Shown here piece after piece: positions 50,573 through 64,000 of a stretch of 64,000 nt of DNA. Position 1 is the first letter of the stretch. Every line of letters begins with the position of its first letter. The notes under the pieces are model-generated. The model was not told the DNA's origin and searched no databases. It worked only from the letters and a program-made list of their open reading frames with translations. Source of the DNA: the human T2T-CHM13v2.0 reference genome, Homo sapiens; NCBI RefSeq assembly GCF_009914755.1, contig NC_060925.1. One strand, given 5' to 3'. The position numbers were made by a program, and so were the translations under genes.

Positions 50573-51713
50573 TGAGGTTAGCTGGGTTTTTCATACATGG
50601 CCTTTATTATGTTGAAGTGATTTCCTTCTATTCCTAGTTGGTTGATTGGTCACGTAGTAGTGTTGAATCTTATCATCTTGTCAATTTTTTTGCATCAATT
50701 GAGATGATTTGTGGTTTAGTTTCCCCTTCACTCTCTTAATGTATTACATTGATTGATTTTTATATATTAAGCCATGCTTACATTCCAGGAATAAATCCCA
50801 CTGGTAATGGTGTATAATATTTTAAATGAGCTATTGAATTTAATTTGCTAATACATTTTTGGTGAGTAACTCATTTATCATGATATTCATCTACAGATTT
50901 ATTTTTCTGTATTTTCTTGGTTAGGCTTTGTTATCAGTTTAATACTTTACTCAGAGTGGGCTTGAAAGTGTTCTCTCCTCTTCAAATTTTCAGAAAAGTT
51001 TGAGGAGGATGGATGTTAATTCTTCTTTAAATGTTTGAGAAAAGTTCCCTGTTAAGCTATCTAGTCCTGGGCTTTACTTTGCTGGGAGGTTGTTGATTAT
51101 TGATTTAATCTCCTTATTAGTTATAGGTCTATTCAGATATTCTACTTTTTCATGATTCAGTGTTGGTAGGTTTTGCTTTTCTAGGAACATGTCTATTTCA
51201 TCTAGACTATTAAATTTTTTGGAGTGCAATTTATCTTAGTACTCTTGTAATATTTTTGTATCTTTAGAAATAGTAGTAATGTCCTCTCTTTCATTTCTGA
51301 TGTTACTTTTTTGAATCTTCTCTTTTTCTTAGTCCATCTAGCTAAAAGTTTGTCAATTTTGTTGAACTTTCCTAAGAACCAACTCTTGCCTTTATTATTT
51401 CTATTGTTTTTCTATTATTGATTTTGCTTATCTCTGTTCTAATTTTTATTATTTCCTTTTTGAGCTAGTTTTGTGTTTAGTTTGTTTTTCTATTTCTAGT
51501 ATGCTAAAGTGTAATGTTAGGCTTATTGATGTGAGATCTTTCCTCCTTTTTAATATAAGCATTTATTTACAGCTATAAATTTTTCTCATAACACTGTGTT
51601 TGCTGCATCCCGTAAGCTTTGGTATGTTATGCTGTAATTTTCATCTGTTTCGAGATATTCTATAATTACCCTTATGATTTCTTTTTTGATCCACTTGTTG
51701 TTTAAGAGTGTGT

Positions 51714-53951
51714 AGTACAGAATTCTGATAATCCTGGCCTTTGAGACGGGGGCTATATTTATTGGTGTCTTCTCTCAACTGACTCAGTCACAGCTAAACA
51801 AGTAGTCTTGTCTGAGAAGCCACTGATCTCTGAGGAGACAGATCTTATTGAGCTAACTCTACTGGAGAGCTCATGTGCCACATTGGTTCTTTGGCCTCTG
51901 TGTATCATAAGCCTCCAAATATTTTTGTGGAAGGAAGTCATGGAATCCATTGTAAATAGTTGCCAATTCATCATGGGAGTACTGATTCAGGTGACAGCCC
52001 TGTTGGTACCACTGCAACTAACCTGAAACAGCCTCAGGTTATCCCCTCATAAGGTAATCTTCTCAGGGGTCTTTTAAACCTTGACCTCAGTCAACCAGTC
52101 AATGTGCCACAGGTGTCCTCCATGCAGATGGGAGCAGTGGATCTCTTGGGAGGAGGATAAGATAGTCTGGTGGGACAATCCTTCATCCTATGATGGGTGT
52201 CTGCAACCTTTGTTTCTTCATCTACACCTGCTGTGGTCAGCAGTGGACTGAATGACCTGTTTGAACTCTCCACAGGGATAGGCATGGCACCTGGTGGGTA
52301 TGTGGCTCCTAAGGCTATTTCTGGCTACCTGCATTACAGGATAAAGGCTTAGAGATTTCAGGAACATTGAGTCACCACCAAGGGCACATCTATATGGAAA
52401 TGAACTTCACCAATACAGCTCTGCAGCATATGACAGATTTTGTAATCTAGTTTAACAAGAATAGCACTCCTCTGGCCATCCATACACCACTGATGCCAAA
52501 CCAGAACATTGATGTCTCCCTGCCTCTCAATACCTTGGGCCTAGTCATGAAGATGACTGAATAACCTGCAGGTGGCTGTGAAAAACAATATTGATGTCTT
52601 CTACTTCAGTCACCTCACCCCACCTCACCCCAATCAGTGTGCTTTTTAGAAGATGGCAAAATGGAGCACCAGGTCTTTCTTGCAACAGGGAAGGATATTC
52701 CCAATGAAATGAACTTCAGTTTTAGATTAACGAATGTCATTTAAATGCTGACATTGTTTCCAGCAAGTTGCAAAACAATAATGTTTATACTATTGCCAAG
52801 AGTAATGTGGAAGGGCAGGACATGGTGTACCAATCCCTGAAGCTCACTAATGGCATTTGGATTTTGGCTGAGCTATGTATCCACCCAGGAAACCCCCATT
52901 ATATGCTGTCACTGAAGTGCAGAGCTCCTGAAGTCTCCCAATACATATCAAGTCTAGGACAGCATTTTGAAAAGCTAACAAGACTTGTCCACTACCTTCC
53001 AATCACGCTGTGATCGGTGCAAGCCAAGAACTCTTTTTTTTTCTTTTAATGATTTCCAGTAAGAAAATGAATAATGATTTATTTTCCCCCAACTTTTTAA
53101 AAAATCACAAACCTTTATAAAAGTTTAAAAAATAATACAATGAACATCCATGTACCTTTACCTAGAGTCAACATTTTGTTATTTTCCCACATTTCTTTTT
53201 TTTAAATTTTTTTATTATACTTTAATTTCTAGGGTACATGTGCACAATGTGCAGGTTTGTTACATATGTATACATGTGCCATGTTGGTGTGCTGCACCCA
53301 TTAACTTGTCATTTACATTAGGTATATCTCCTAATGCTATCCCTCCCCCCTCCCCCAACCCCACAACAGGCCCCAGTGTGTGATGTTCCCCTTCCTGTGT
53401 CCAAGTGTTCTCATTGTTCAATTCCCACCTATGAGCGAGAACATGTGGTGTTTGGTTTTTTGTCCTTGCAATAGTTTGCTGAGAATGATGGTTTCCAGCT
53501 TCATCCATGTCCCTACAAAGGACATGAACTCATCATTTTTTATGGCTGCATAGTATTCCATGGTGTATATGTGCCATGTTTTCTTAATCCAGTCTGTCAC
53601 TCTTAACTGGAAGATGTGTTGCTGTGTAGAATCTGAACCCAAACATACTGAGGTAACCCAGCAAGGTAGTAACTAGTCTAACCTGTCTAACCTGTGCTAA
53701 CATTAGAGTACAACCTGTTGGATACTTTTAGCATCCTGTGAACATTGGTAACCACTGCTTCAGTCACCTCCTAACTCTTGCCACCTGCTGCTCTTGTCTG
53801 TGGTTACTTGTGGGCTTCTCCGTGCTGTGCCAATGGCTGGCTTTTTCTACACCCTCTTTTGAGGGTAGTTTGGTATTTTGTAATTGAGAGCTCATTCCAA
53901 AAGCAGAAAAAGACAACAAATGCTAAAGCAAGAAAGTGTCACTGAAAAAAA
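51714..53951 (+). pseudogene. AP2B1: Processed pseudogene of AP2B1 (AP-2 beta adaptin): 5'-truncated, roughly the last 415-420 codons plus a short 3' UTR. The symbol given is the parent gene; whether this locus is AP2B1P1 is not established.
   Basis: Intronless, frameshifted matches to SEKPLISEETDLIE, VNVPQVSSMQMGAVDLLGGG, VAVKNNIDVFYF and QNNNVYTIAKSNVEGQDMVYQSLKLTNGIWILAEL. Stop at 52976-52978, A tail at 53945-53951, TSD aa(g/a)agtgtgt at 51704-51713 and 53948-53957. Confidence 0.95.
53036..53598 (-). mobile_element. 5'-truncated L1PA4-like insertion (~53195-53598) with a ~150-bp 3' transduction (53048-53194)
   Basis: TSD actctt at 53030-53035 and 53599-53604, EN site TCTT/AA, and two poly(A) tracts separated by non-L1PA sequence. 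Confidence 0.88.
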
Positions 53952-56497
53952 GTGTGTTGTTTAATTTCCACATATTTGTAGATTTCCCACTTCTACTATT
54001 ATTTTTCAGTTTCATTCCGTTGTGATCAGAAAAGAATCACTGTACAATTTTAATCCTTTAACATTTATTAAAACTTGTTTAGTGGCCTAAAATATCGTCT
54101 ATCCTGGAGAATGCCCATGTGTACTTCAGAGGAATATGCTACTGTTGATTAGAATAAAATTTTATTCTTTTCTTTATTTTGATTAGGAATGTGAGATTTA
54201 GGAATGAAATAGTTTACCTAGGATCAAGCAACAAGGAAGGTGACTTGGAAAGTTTAGAAACTCAAGTTTTTTAACATGAACATTTTATAATCAAAATATA
54301 ATTTTCAAGTAGTTTAAAATATGATTCTTAAATAAACCCATGCCACAGACCTTGATTTAATCCATTAATTCTTAAGAAAACACTTAATATTGTAAAGATA
54401 GGACAAAATTATATTGAGAATCTATTTATACATGTTTTGAATAAAAAATGTTAAAATAAGACTGCAATGTTAAATAGTTAATTTGCTATATGGCAATATT
54501 AAAAAAATCTTTGGAATTATATTTTCTACCAGACATAAGTCCACAATTGAAGATGAAACTTATAAATGTTTGATCTCTAACTGAATAATAAATTCAAACA
54601 CAGGTAGCGATTCTTAAGTAATTCCCTGGTATGACATTAAAAGTGCATGCCATACTTTCAATATGACTTCATTCTTTTGATTTTCAAATTTTGTATAACT
54701 TTTCTTGATATTATTACACATTGTAAATTGATGGAATTTTTCTTCTGAGTTTTAAATTTTCTGGGTCATCAACTTCGGAAAACTGACATGTATTAAATGA
54801 AAAATGGGGATTTATAGTGTGGAGTCTTTTTTTCTTATCTGTGGAGTTACATTTCACAGTTTAATAAAATTCTTAGCAATTTGTGCCAATGCAGGAATGT
54901 GAACAACATTTCGAGGACAGCTTTTGGTATAAGGGAACATTGCTTATACCTGGGAAGTACTAGTGCATAATGAATTTGGTGCTTAGATTTTCTAAATTGT
55001 GTATTTTTTTTTACATTAACTACAGTCAATATATCAAGTTTATAAAGATATATAATATTATTTGATATAATTTCAAATATTTCACGCACTTTGCAGGTCT
55101 CAACGTTAGCTCATGGATGTTGAATGTGAAGCTTTTAAGATTATTTTTTATAATGTCAGCTACATAATTAGGAATTTTCAGGTTAGAGTACATCTTTTTC
55201 CCACCTTATGTATTTAGGTTGTAAATAGTAAAAATAATAAAATTGTAGATCATAGGAATAAAAATATGTCATTTAAGGCAAAATAAGAGTACAGGATGGT
55301 TGAATAGTCCATGTATTTTATTAACTTGAGTGAAATGAATTAACATTCTTTAGTCAATACCACAATGGAAGCAAATTCACCATTAAACTGAGGAACTTAT
55401 CTCTGGAGATTCTCTCTCAGCTGAAATAATTTTACAAATCTGTGGTTAAGTAGCTTCATCTCTGAATATGCCAGCAACAGTGAAAGAGCTGAATGGCCTA
55501 TGAACTATGAAACTCTCACTTTACAAGTGGTCCAATAGGAACAGTGTTTAGCATGCACACAGCTCATGTGAGGCTGTTGGAATCTCCTTTGTATTCTATT
55601 CCTGCTTTCTGGGTTAATAGAGGGCTTACATGTTTAGAACTGTCAAGTGAGTATCTTTTTACAAGCATTACACCAATTTCAGTAGAGGGTAAAAGAACAA
55701 AGAATGTAATCTTATTCATATAATTCAAGAGCACTCAATTATTTGGGCACTCTGAGATCGTTATTTTATCATTTTGAAGAGCATGTAGTTAATTGAAGAA
55801 TAAAGTGGATCTGACTTAGGAAAACTACATTTTAAAAAATACTATCTATGGCAATTCCTGTTGCTATTTCAAGTTTTCCAAGTAGAAGTTTTTTTTTTTT
55901 TGTCTGTTGTTGTTTTTCCTAAGACTCTTATTCCAGCTTCTAATTTTAAGTCTTATTGATACATGCTTTCTCTAGTTTTCTCATATAAAGACATACATTA
56001 CTGTCTGATATATTTTAGTAGCCTCTTTCTTCAGCATTTGATCATTTCTTCAATATTTTCTATCTTTTACCGATTGACTACATCTTATTTCCCCAGTATA
56101 ATACTGTAGTCTTCACTGTTCCCTCAATATCAGCCTTTTTCTTCATAGTTTCATAATTAGATTGGGGAGGATAAAACACAAATATATTGCCAATGAGCTT
56201 CTATAATCTTGTCAACAATGGCAATTTTTTAAGAAGTTTAGGGGATTTGTGGTTTTCATATTGTTGCCTGTGAAGGTAGCGTTTGTGTACTCATCAGGAA
56301 ATTAAATGCTAATGGTGAAAGCAAGCTATTATAAGCAAAATGATATAGCCAATTAGGTCATCTTTTTCTGTAAGATTTTGTTTAATCCTGTGTAGAGTTG
56401 ATAATAAATTGTTAAGGGTGGGGTATTTTTTAAACATCATCTGGTTTCACCTCTCCATTCTTAACATGAGGAATATATATCCAGAAATGTTAAGTGA

Positions 56498-56885
<388 letters not shown>

Positions 56886-57169
56886 GTGAATTCTTATTCA
56901 TCAGAAGAAACCACACCATTCACTTTAGTACTTATGCTCAGAATATTTCTTGTGTTTATATTCTGTGGTGTCCACAAGATATATGTGGGGTTCATTACTT
57001 CCATTATGTACATTAAGTTCCTGGAAGGCATTCTACCAATACATTTTGTCCAGTGTGATAAGCCCACGGTATCAATAAAATTTGATAATTTGCTTTTTGT
57101 AACTTGTGGCTAATTGCAATTTCAAATAGAGTGATAAGTACAAGCTTCATTGAGACCTTCCTAGTTGAT

Positions 57170-58380
57170 CAAAGGCTTGAAAGACATGAGATAGCTGTGC
57201 AGATACCCAGCAGAAAAGCATTCCAGGACAATGTGTCAGACAGTACAATTGGCCCAAGGTACCACTATTCCTGTTGTTTATGAGAAGTAGCAGGCAGTGT
57301 GGGTGGCCACTGTAGAATAAGCTAGTAATGAGATTGGGGAGTGGATGGTGCAGATCACACAGGGCCTTCTAAGCTGTATTTGACTCATATGGCTGTTGTA
57401 ACAAATTACTACAAGCTGGATGGCTTAAAATGACATAAATTTATTTTTTCATAGTTCTAGAGACTATAAATGCAAAATCAAGATGTCAGTAGCACCAAGC
57501 TTTCTCTCAAAGCTGTAGAGAAGTATCCTTCCCTTGCTTTTCCTAGCTACCAGTCATTAGAACAGGGCCCACTCTAATACACAATGATGTCATCTTAACT
57601 TTATCATATTTGCAAAGACTATATTTCCAAATAAAGTCAAACTTCAATATTCCAGATAGACATGCCCTTTTGGAGGTCTATTAAATAAAGTACATAAGCC
57701 ATTGAGAAGAACTTGTTTTTTAATTCTGTGGAAACGGAGCTATTGCAGGTATTTTAGCAAACAAGTAACATTATCTAGCTTTTAATTTAAAAAGATATCT
57801 CTGGTTGCTCCAGTGACATTGGACTGTAGGGGAGCAATGGCATGTAATGGGGAACCAGGTAGGGATCTATCAGTCATGACAAAGGTAAAGAATGATAGTG
57901 GCTCGGACCAAGTTTGTGTCCATGCAGGAGGTGAGAAACAGTCAGATTGTGGATATCTTTAGAAGATTAAACCAACAGAATTTCCTGATAAAATCAGCTA
58001 TACAATATGAGAGTAAGAAAGGGGTACAAAATGATCCCAAATTTTTGCCCTGAGCCATTGGAAGTGACTGTATTATCCACTGAAATGGAAAAGGCTGATA
58101 AAGAAGCAGGTATTAACATTTTGTTTTTGTTACCTGAGGACATTTCTGGTAGGCAGTTGATATAGAACTCTGGAGTTTATGAGCAAGGTCTGAGTAGCAG
58201 ATCCATATTTAGGAGTCACAGCAAATAAATGCATTTAAAGTCACTGAAAGGAATAAAATCACATTGCACATAAGTGTAGATGGAAATGAGAAGATAACCA
58301 AGAACTGAGTCCTAGCACATTTCAACATTAAGTGGTAGGGGAGAAGAGAACTCAACAAAGGAGACAGAAAGGACAATCAT
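57170..58380 (-). mobile_element. L2 LINE (interrupted by MLT1)
   Basis: L2 reverse motifs (cagatcacacagggcctt; aaatgatcccaaatttttgccctgagc; ggtaggcagttgatataga). Confidence 0.7.
57376..57695 (-). mobile_element. MLT1B/C-type MaLR LTR
   Basis: ggctgttgtaacaaattactacaagctggatggcttaaaa...tgcaaagactatatttccaaataaagtca. Confidence 0.7.
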
Positions 58381-58384
58381 TACC

Positions 58385-58680
<296 letters not shown>

Positions 58681-59199
58681 AAGAACAATCATTAAATCAT
58701 TATCATCAGAGGTTTTTCAGAAGGGTTAAATAAGATACAGCAATAAATCCATTTAGCTCCATGGTTCACTTTTAGTAAGCACTCAGTAAATCCTAGCTGT
58801 TTGTCACTAGTTAACTATTATACTATAGTTATCTGAGTTTCCCACAATACTGTATGTTTCTTGAAGGCAGTTACAAACATGGTACTTGGTACATAATGGG
58901 TAATCATTTAATATTTGTTGAATAAATGAGTGAAGTTCCTTATTTGTTTCTGTAATTTTTATTTGTACTTACTCTGTTATAGCCCTTGTGCTATGGTATT
59001 ATAATGGTTTGTTATTACGGCTGTTAGCTTCCCTATCTGCTCACATTTGAATTTATATTAGATATTAAACACAACTTTTATGGTGTAAAGAGATTAGTCA
59101 AGGCAGAATTGAAATAATGATCTCTGTCTCTTTCTTTCCTTTTTCGTTAGCTTTCCAAATATTTCCAGAGTGCATGCACTATTGTTCATATGTACCACT

Positions 59200-60050
59200 A
59201 TAACTTATACCAGACTACCATTATCAATCATAAGGATTATTGCAACAGTTTCCTAACTGGTAACTCTTTCTCCTGATGAGATCTCTTCCAAATTCCTCTT
59301 ATTGTCAAGCCAAAGTGATATTTCAAAATGCACAATTCTGATCAGCTTAGTCTCCCCATAAGACTGTTCAATAATTTTTATCAATAAAATAAAATAAAGA
59401 TTTCACCTTTGGCCATACTTTCAATCTCATTTTTCTCAGAACTACTTTTAGTGTTCTCATCTGTACCTTCACTAAACCTTTTTTAAAACTTATTTTGTAT
59501 TTAGCTTTTATTTATTGAGCTTTTAAAAAATAACCATCCCTGTAATAAGAGGTGAGGATACAGCGATAAACAAAGTAGGTAATTTCACTTTCTTTGTGGA
59601 GATTACAAAATGATTGATAAGGTAGGCATTTAAATAAATAGCTGCAAATTTGAAGAGTGTTCTAGAACTGCAGGGTGATACGGTTGTGTTTTATGAAGAA
59701 CCTTAGTCCCAGGTTAGGAGCGGGGTGGAGGGATTCCTTTCATCTTGTCTGCATATATTTATATAAGAAGTGACTCATCCTAGGACACTCTTCACCTCTC
59801 AGTTTGTCTAGTCACTTTTCAGATATCAATTTATACATCTGTTATTCATTCAGACTTCAGTGACTCTAAGTTTAGGCTAATGCTCTCGTCTTTTCTGCAT
59901 TTACCAATCATATCAGGTTTCCTCATTGTAAACATCTGTTTAATGTTCACTCTGTAAGCTTTGTGATGACAAGTATAAGGTTCTATTTATTGCTGTGTCC
60001 CTTTTGCTTAGAATGGTCCTGGGTACAATGAATTTTTGTTGAATGAATAA
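59200..60050. mobile_element. Degraded L2 fragments in both orientations
   Basis: aggattattgcaacagtttcctaactggt; terminus tttttgttgaatgaataaat. Confidence 0.5.
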
Positions 60051-62710
60051 ATAAATACATATAAATGTGTCTTTTACCTTTTTCTACTCTCTTGTCCTTT
60101 TAAGGACATATTATATCAAAGTTATCCCATGCCTGCAACAAGAGGAAATCAATAAATATTTGTTTAAAACTTAATTAGGAGAGGAGTGTGAATGTGGTTT
60201 CTACCTTCTCCAATGCCCCTCCTTCCCTTTAGGCAGATAATTTTCTTTGTTACTCCCTTCAAGCAAAGGCATGACAAAATAATACATTCATGAACACTGA
60301 AGTGCTAAGAATATGATATGTTACTTATTAACTATTCCAGATGAGTTTGTCATCTACTAACATCTAGGCATTCGGTATATATTATAAACAGTTCAGATTT
60401 TGTTCCTACCAACCTGGATCCTCACCTGCCCAGTTCTCCTCTCTAAAAGGACCGAGTGGTATTAGCACTTGGGTTATTGGAGCATTTTTAATAGTTATAG
60501 ACTATCATAAAATTTCTAAAGTTCAAATAAAAATAAGTAAAAATATTTTTGTACATTTGTAATCTCATTTAATAATTAACATTTCTAATTATGGAAGTAA
60601 TAACATGCCTTGTATTTAGAAATAGATTACTGTTTTCAAACATTTTTAAATTGCATCCTCCCATCCTAACAGTGTTAAGCAGGGAAAAATGTTACCATTA
60701 ATTCTATTTTGCAGAGGAGGAAAGACTCAGTTTAATGTTTCCTCACTTGCTTAAGTTTACATGTGTAGAAATTAAGGACATAAGTATTCTAATTTCAAAT
60801 TCAAAAAGTTTTTTCTACTTAAAAGCATTGCCATTTACTTAGCTTATTCAACACAAACCAGAAAGTTTAACAAACATCTAATGAATTCAGTTTTTTAGAC
60901 TGCTCTTCAAGGTGATTTAAGAACTCAAACTAATTTCTACAATGTGGGATTTTCCTTGGTCAAAAAAGCATACACAATTATTTCAGGTTTTGGTTTGGTT
61001 AGGTAGATGTTTAGATTTGCTTGTCTTAAATATCCTATTTCTTAACATAATGGAATATGTTTTGTGTTAATAAAATAAAACCAATAGGAGGATAAAAATC
61101 ACTCCTTTATATTTGGCACACTTAGGCTTGCTGAGAGCTAGTCCCAGTGGTGGCCCAGAAGTCGGATATTTTCATTTTCTTGTTCTGAGAAAATTAAATT
61201 ACCCTGTTTCAAGAAGTTGAGAGTTATACTGGAATATCACCCATCTGAGTGCATTCACAGAAACTCTCTGGAGTGATCATTATGCTAAACAAAATGCTCA
61301 AGCAGCTCTTGATACCTATTGGTTTCAATGACACTCACTTTATACTCTTATTAGTATTTATTTTTATATTATTTTCTTTTTAGATAGAGCCTGAACTTTT
61401 CTGCATTTCAAATTATGGGAACAGATTCCCTTTACCCTTCGAAAATTCCGGTAGAAGTGGTTCCCTTTAAGTCATATCAGACAGGTTAGTCAGAAAATGT
61501 GAGCAGATTGGGAATCATCAATTAATCCTATTTTTTCTATTATGGGAAAAATTATCTAGGATGCTTTCTTTTTTTTATTTTTCTCTTTCCCCATCTTAAA
61601 AAATAAAACAAAAACAAAACAACGACAATAAAAAAGAAAGGTAATAAGACACTAACTACATAAGTAATGGGCACACAAACTTTAATAAACTTTGTTTTTA
61701 AATCTTGTTTTATTATTTTAGGATCATTGTTATTGTTATTATTTTAACATCTAATAGAGACTTATATATAATTTCATGGAATTTATTGCTAAATACGCTA
61801 TTTGAAATGGTTAAGTTTAGTATATTTTGATTCGATGAATAACCTGAAAAAGAAAACACTCTAAAAATTTATATTAAATGGAATAAATAAGCTCTGTATC
61901 TTGTATGCTGATTGAGAGCTTAGAATAATTAAGAAGTTATGTAATAATTATCAGAAAAAAATTAAAAACTTGGAACTTTGATAAATAATAAAAGTAGAAT
62001 TTCTTTTAATTTCTCTTGGAGTCTAGGCTCATATCTGACAGATAGTAAAGAATTATATAAATGCTAATTAGATGAATAAAGGAACATATAGATGACTTTG
62101 GTCACATGACACATTGTTAGTTGCTGAAAACACAGCCTTGGCACTCATGAAACTTACATTTTTAGTTTCCACTGCTTCACGCTACACACGTCACCATTAT
62201 TGGTCTTTTGGAATACCACGGTAATTTCTTAACTATTTTCTTTGATTCTGCTCTTGCTCTTCCTTGGAAAATAGAATTAGAAACAAAATATCCTCCCAAT
62301 TCAAAAAACCTCTTCACAGTTGCAGAAGAGAAAGTAACAGTTAGATTATTAAATAAGCATTAAACTAGAATGTGTTGTGTGTCACAGGCAATGGAATAAG
62401 AGATTGAAAAGACAGAAAAAAAATTTCACCCTTTTATTTAGCCAAGCAGTTATAACTCGTTACATAAATGTTCTCAAGATAAACAATAACTAGGCCTCAA
62501 ATAAGAGGTCTTGACAGCACCATTTGTCACACATAGTTCATTCTAAATTCATTTGATAATTGGGGTGACCATCTGTGTAAGCTAATTGCCTTTATCCAAA
62601 GAAATAATGAAGTTTTTGTATCTTCATGAAAAAGTTTGTTTTACAACTTGGAATGAGTCACCTGAGGATGTTAGGCTTTGCTTTTCCATAGAAACTGGAA
62701 GACAAGGGTG

Positions 62711-62713
<3 letters not shown>

Positions 62714-62758
<45 letters not shown>

Positions 62759-62769
62759 GTGTGTATGTG

Positions 62770-62807
<38 letters not shown>
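62714..62807. repeat. Compound (TG)n(CG)n(TG)n(TA)n microsatellite
   Basis: Direct inspection. Confidence 0.92.
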
Positions 62808-62810
<3 letters not shown>

Positions 62811-63237
62811 ACTACATCTCACATAGGTGACTCTGAGATCCTTGAGAAAGACATTTGTGGGTTTCAAAGCTAGCAAGAGGCTTATTCAGCTTTTAAAAAG
62901 ATTTATGTGTATTTTAAAGAGACAGAGAGAGAACTAATAACATTTCTAAAGTAAATGCTCCAAGAAAAGGAGGAGGAGACTCTTCTCTTATTTTCAACAG
63001 AGAGAATTCAGCCGTTCATTTTTAATTTGCATTTTCCCTTCTGCCCCTTCTAATCTCTACACAGAAACCAGATAGATCACTCAAAACATTACTCACTTTT
63101 CGGAACTACTCTAAAGTTTTCCGTCTCACCCAGAGTGAAAGTAGAAATTCTTAATATAGCCTACAAAGCTCTACGTTACTTTGGCTTTTCCCCATTCCCC
63201 ATCATCCTCCCTTATCTATGAGCTCATACTGCTGCCC

Positions 63238-64000
63238 TGATATAGTTTGGATCTGTCTGTGTCCCCCTTCAAATCTCACACTGAATTGTAACTTTCAGTG
63301 TTGGAGGTGGGGCCTAGTGGAAGGTGATTGGATCATGGGGGTGGATTTCCTTCTTGATACTGTGTTGCTACAGTGAGTGAGTTCTTGTGAGATCTGGTTG
63401 TTTAAAAGTTTGTAGCACCTCCTCCCTCTCTCTCAGTTCTGCTCCTGCCACGTAAAATGATTGTTCTCACTTTGTCTTCTGCCATGAGTAAAAGCTCCCT
63501 GATATCTCCCCAGAAGCAGACGCTGCCATGCTTCCTGTACAGCCAGAGGAACATGAACCAATTAAACCACTTTTCTTTATAAATTACCTAGTTTTAGATA
63601 TTTCCTTATACTAATGCAAGAACAGACCGATATAGAAAATTGGTACTGTGGAATGGGACATTGCTATAAATATACCAGAAAATGTGGAAGCAGCTTTGGA
63701 ATTGGGTAATGGGCAGAAGTTGGAAGAGTTTGGAGGGCTCAGAAGAAGACAGGAAGATTAGGAAAAATTTGGAACTTCCTAGAGACTTGTTGAATTGTTG
63801 TAACAAAAATGGGGATAGGGATATGGACAATGAAGTCCAGGCTGAGGAAGTCTTAGATGGGAATGAAGAACTTATTGGGAGCTGAAGTAAAGGTCACTTT
63901 TGCCATGCTTTAACAAAGAGCTTGGTAGGATTATGCCCCTGCCCAAGGTATCTGTGCAATTTTGAACTTGAGAGTGATGATAGGGTATCTGGCAAAAGAG
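63238..64000 (+). mobile_element. MSTA-like MaLR: 5' LTR (63238-63634) followed by internal sequence running off the window
   Basis: tgatatagtttggat...aattaaaccactttt LTR, then gaaaattggtac...gaagtttggagggctcagaagaagacagg (MaLR internal). Confidence 0.88.

Noticed and set aside
51759-53013. Short ORFs resembling adaptin as a possible functional gene
   Set aside because: Fragments of the frameshifted, stop-containing, 5'-truncated AP2B1 retrocopy.
61060-61200. Possible minus-strand exon after acceptor-like tttaattttctcag
   Set aside because: No clear donor or sustained reading frame; such motifs are common in AT-rich DNA.
62655-62715. Possible minus-strand micro-exon ending CAG/GTGACT beside the microsatellite
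   Set aside because: The acceptor would be a CA repeat with no polypyrimidine tract; unsupported.
62586-62876. ORFs with VCVC/YIYI or HTHT runs
   Set aside because: Translation of a dinucleotide microsatellite.

Overview
AT-rich, CpG-poor primate genomic DNA, almost certainly human because it carries an intact AluYd8. It is intronic or intergenic and dominated by transposon debris: L1PA2-L1PA16 and L1M LINEs, Alus, a FAM, L2/MIR, MaLR/ERVL LTRs, and Tigger/MER DNA transposons. I can identify no intact protein-coding gene; nearly all listed ORFs are L1 or Alu derived. The one recognisable host-gene sequence is a 5'-truncated processed pseudogene of AP2B1 (51714-53951). A candidate first coding exon lies on the minus strand near 24089-24400. 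The interesting structure is in the rearrangement scars: (i) a 298-bp, ~97% identical inverted copy of 40234-40535 pasted at 37752-38049 with no TSD or poly(A), plus shorter local templated copies and snap-back hairpins; (ii) a spliced L1PA2 (SpIRE 97/622 type) whose 3' half is replaced at a fold-back junction with an inverted old L1; (iii) an L1PA4 carrying a ~150-bp 3' transduction inside the AP2B1 retrocopy; (iv) a ~10-kb block that puts an older L1MB inside an apparently younger L1PA16. I see no new gene system; the best case for novelty is a possible local cluster of templated copying. Subfamily calls come from remembered consensus sequences and need RepeatMasker/Dfam confirmation. Boundaries of old repeats are approximate.
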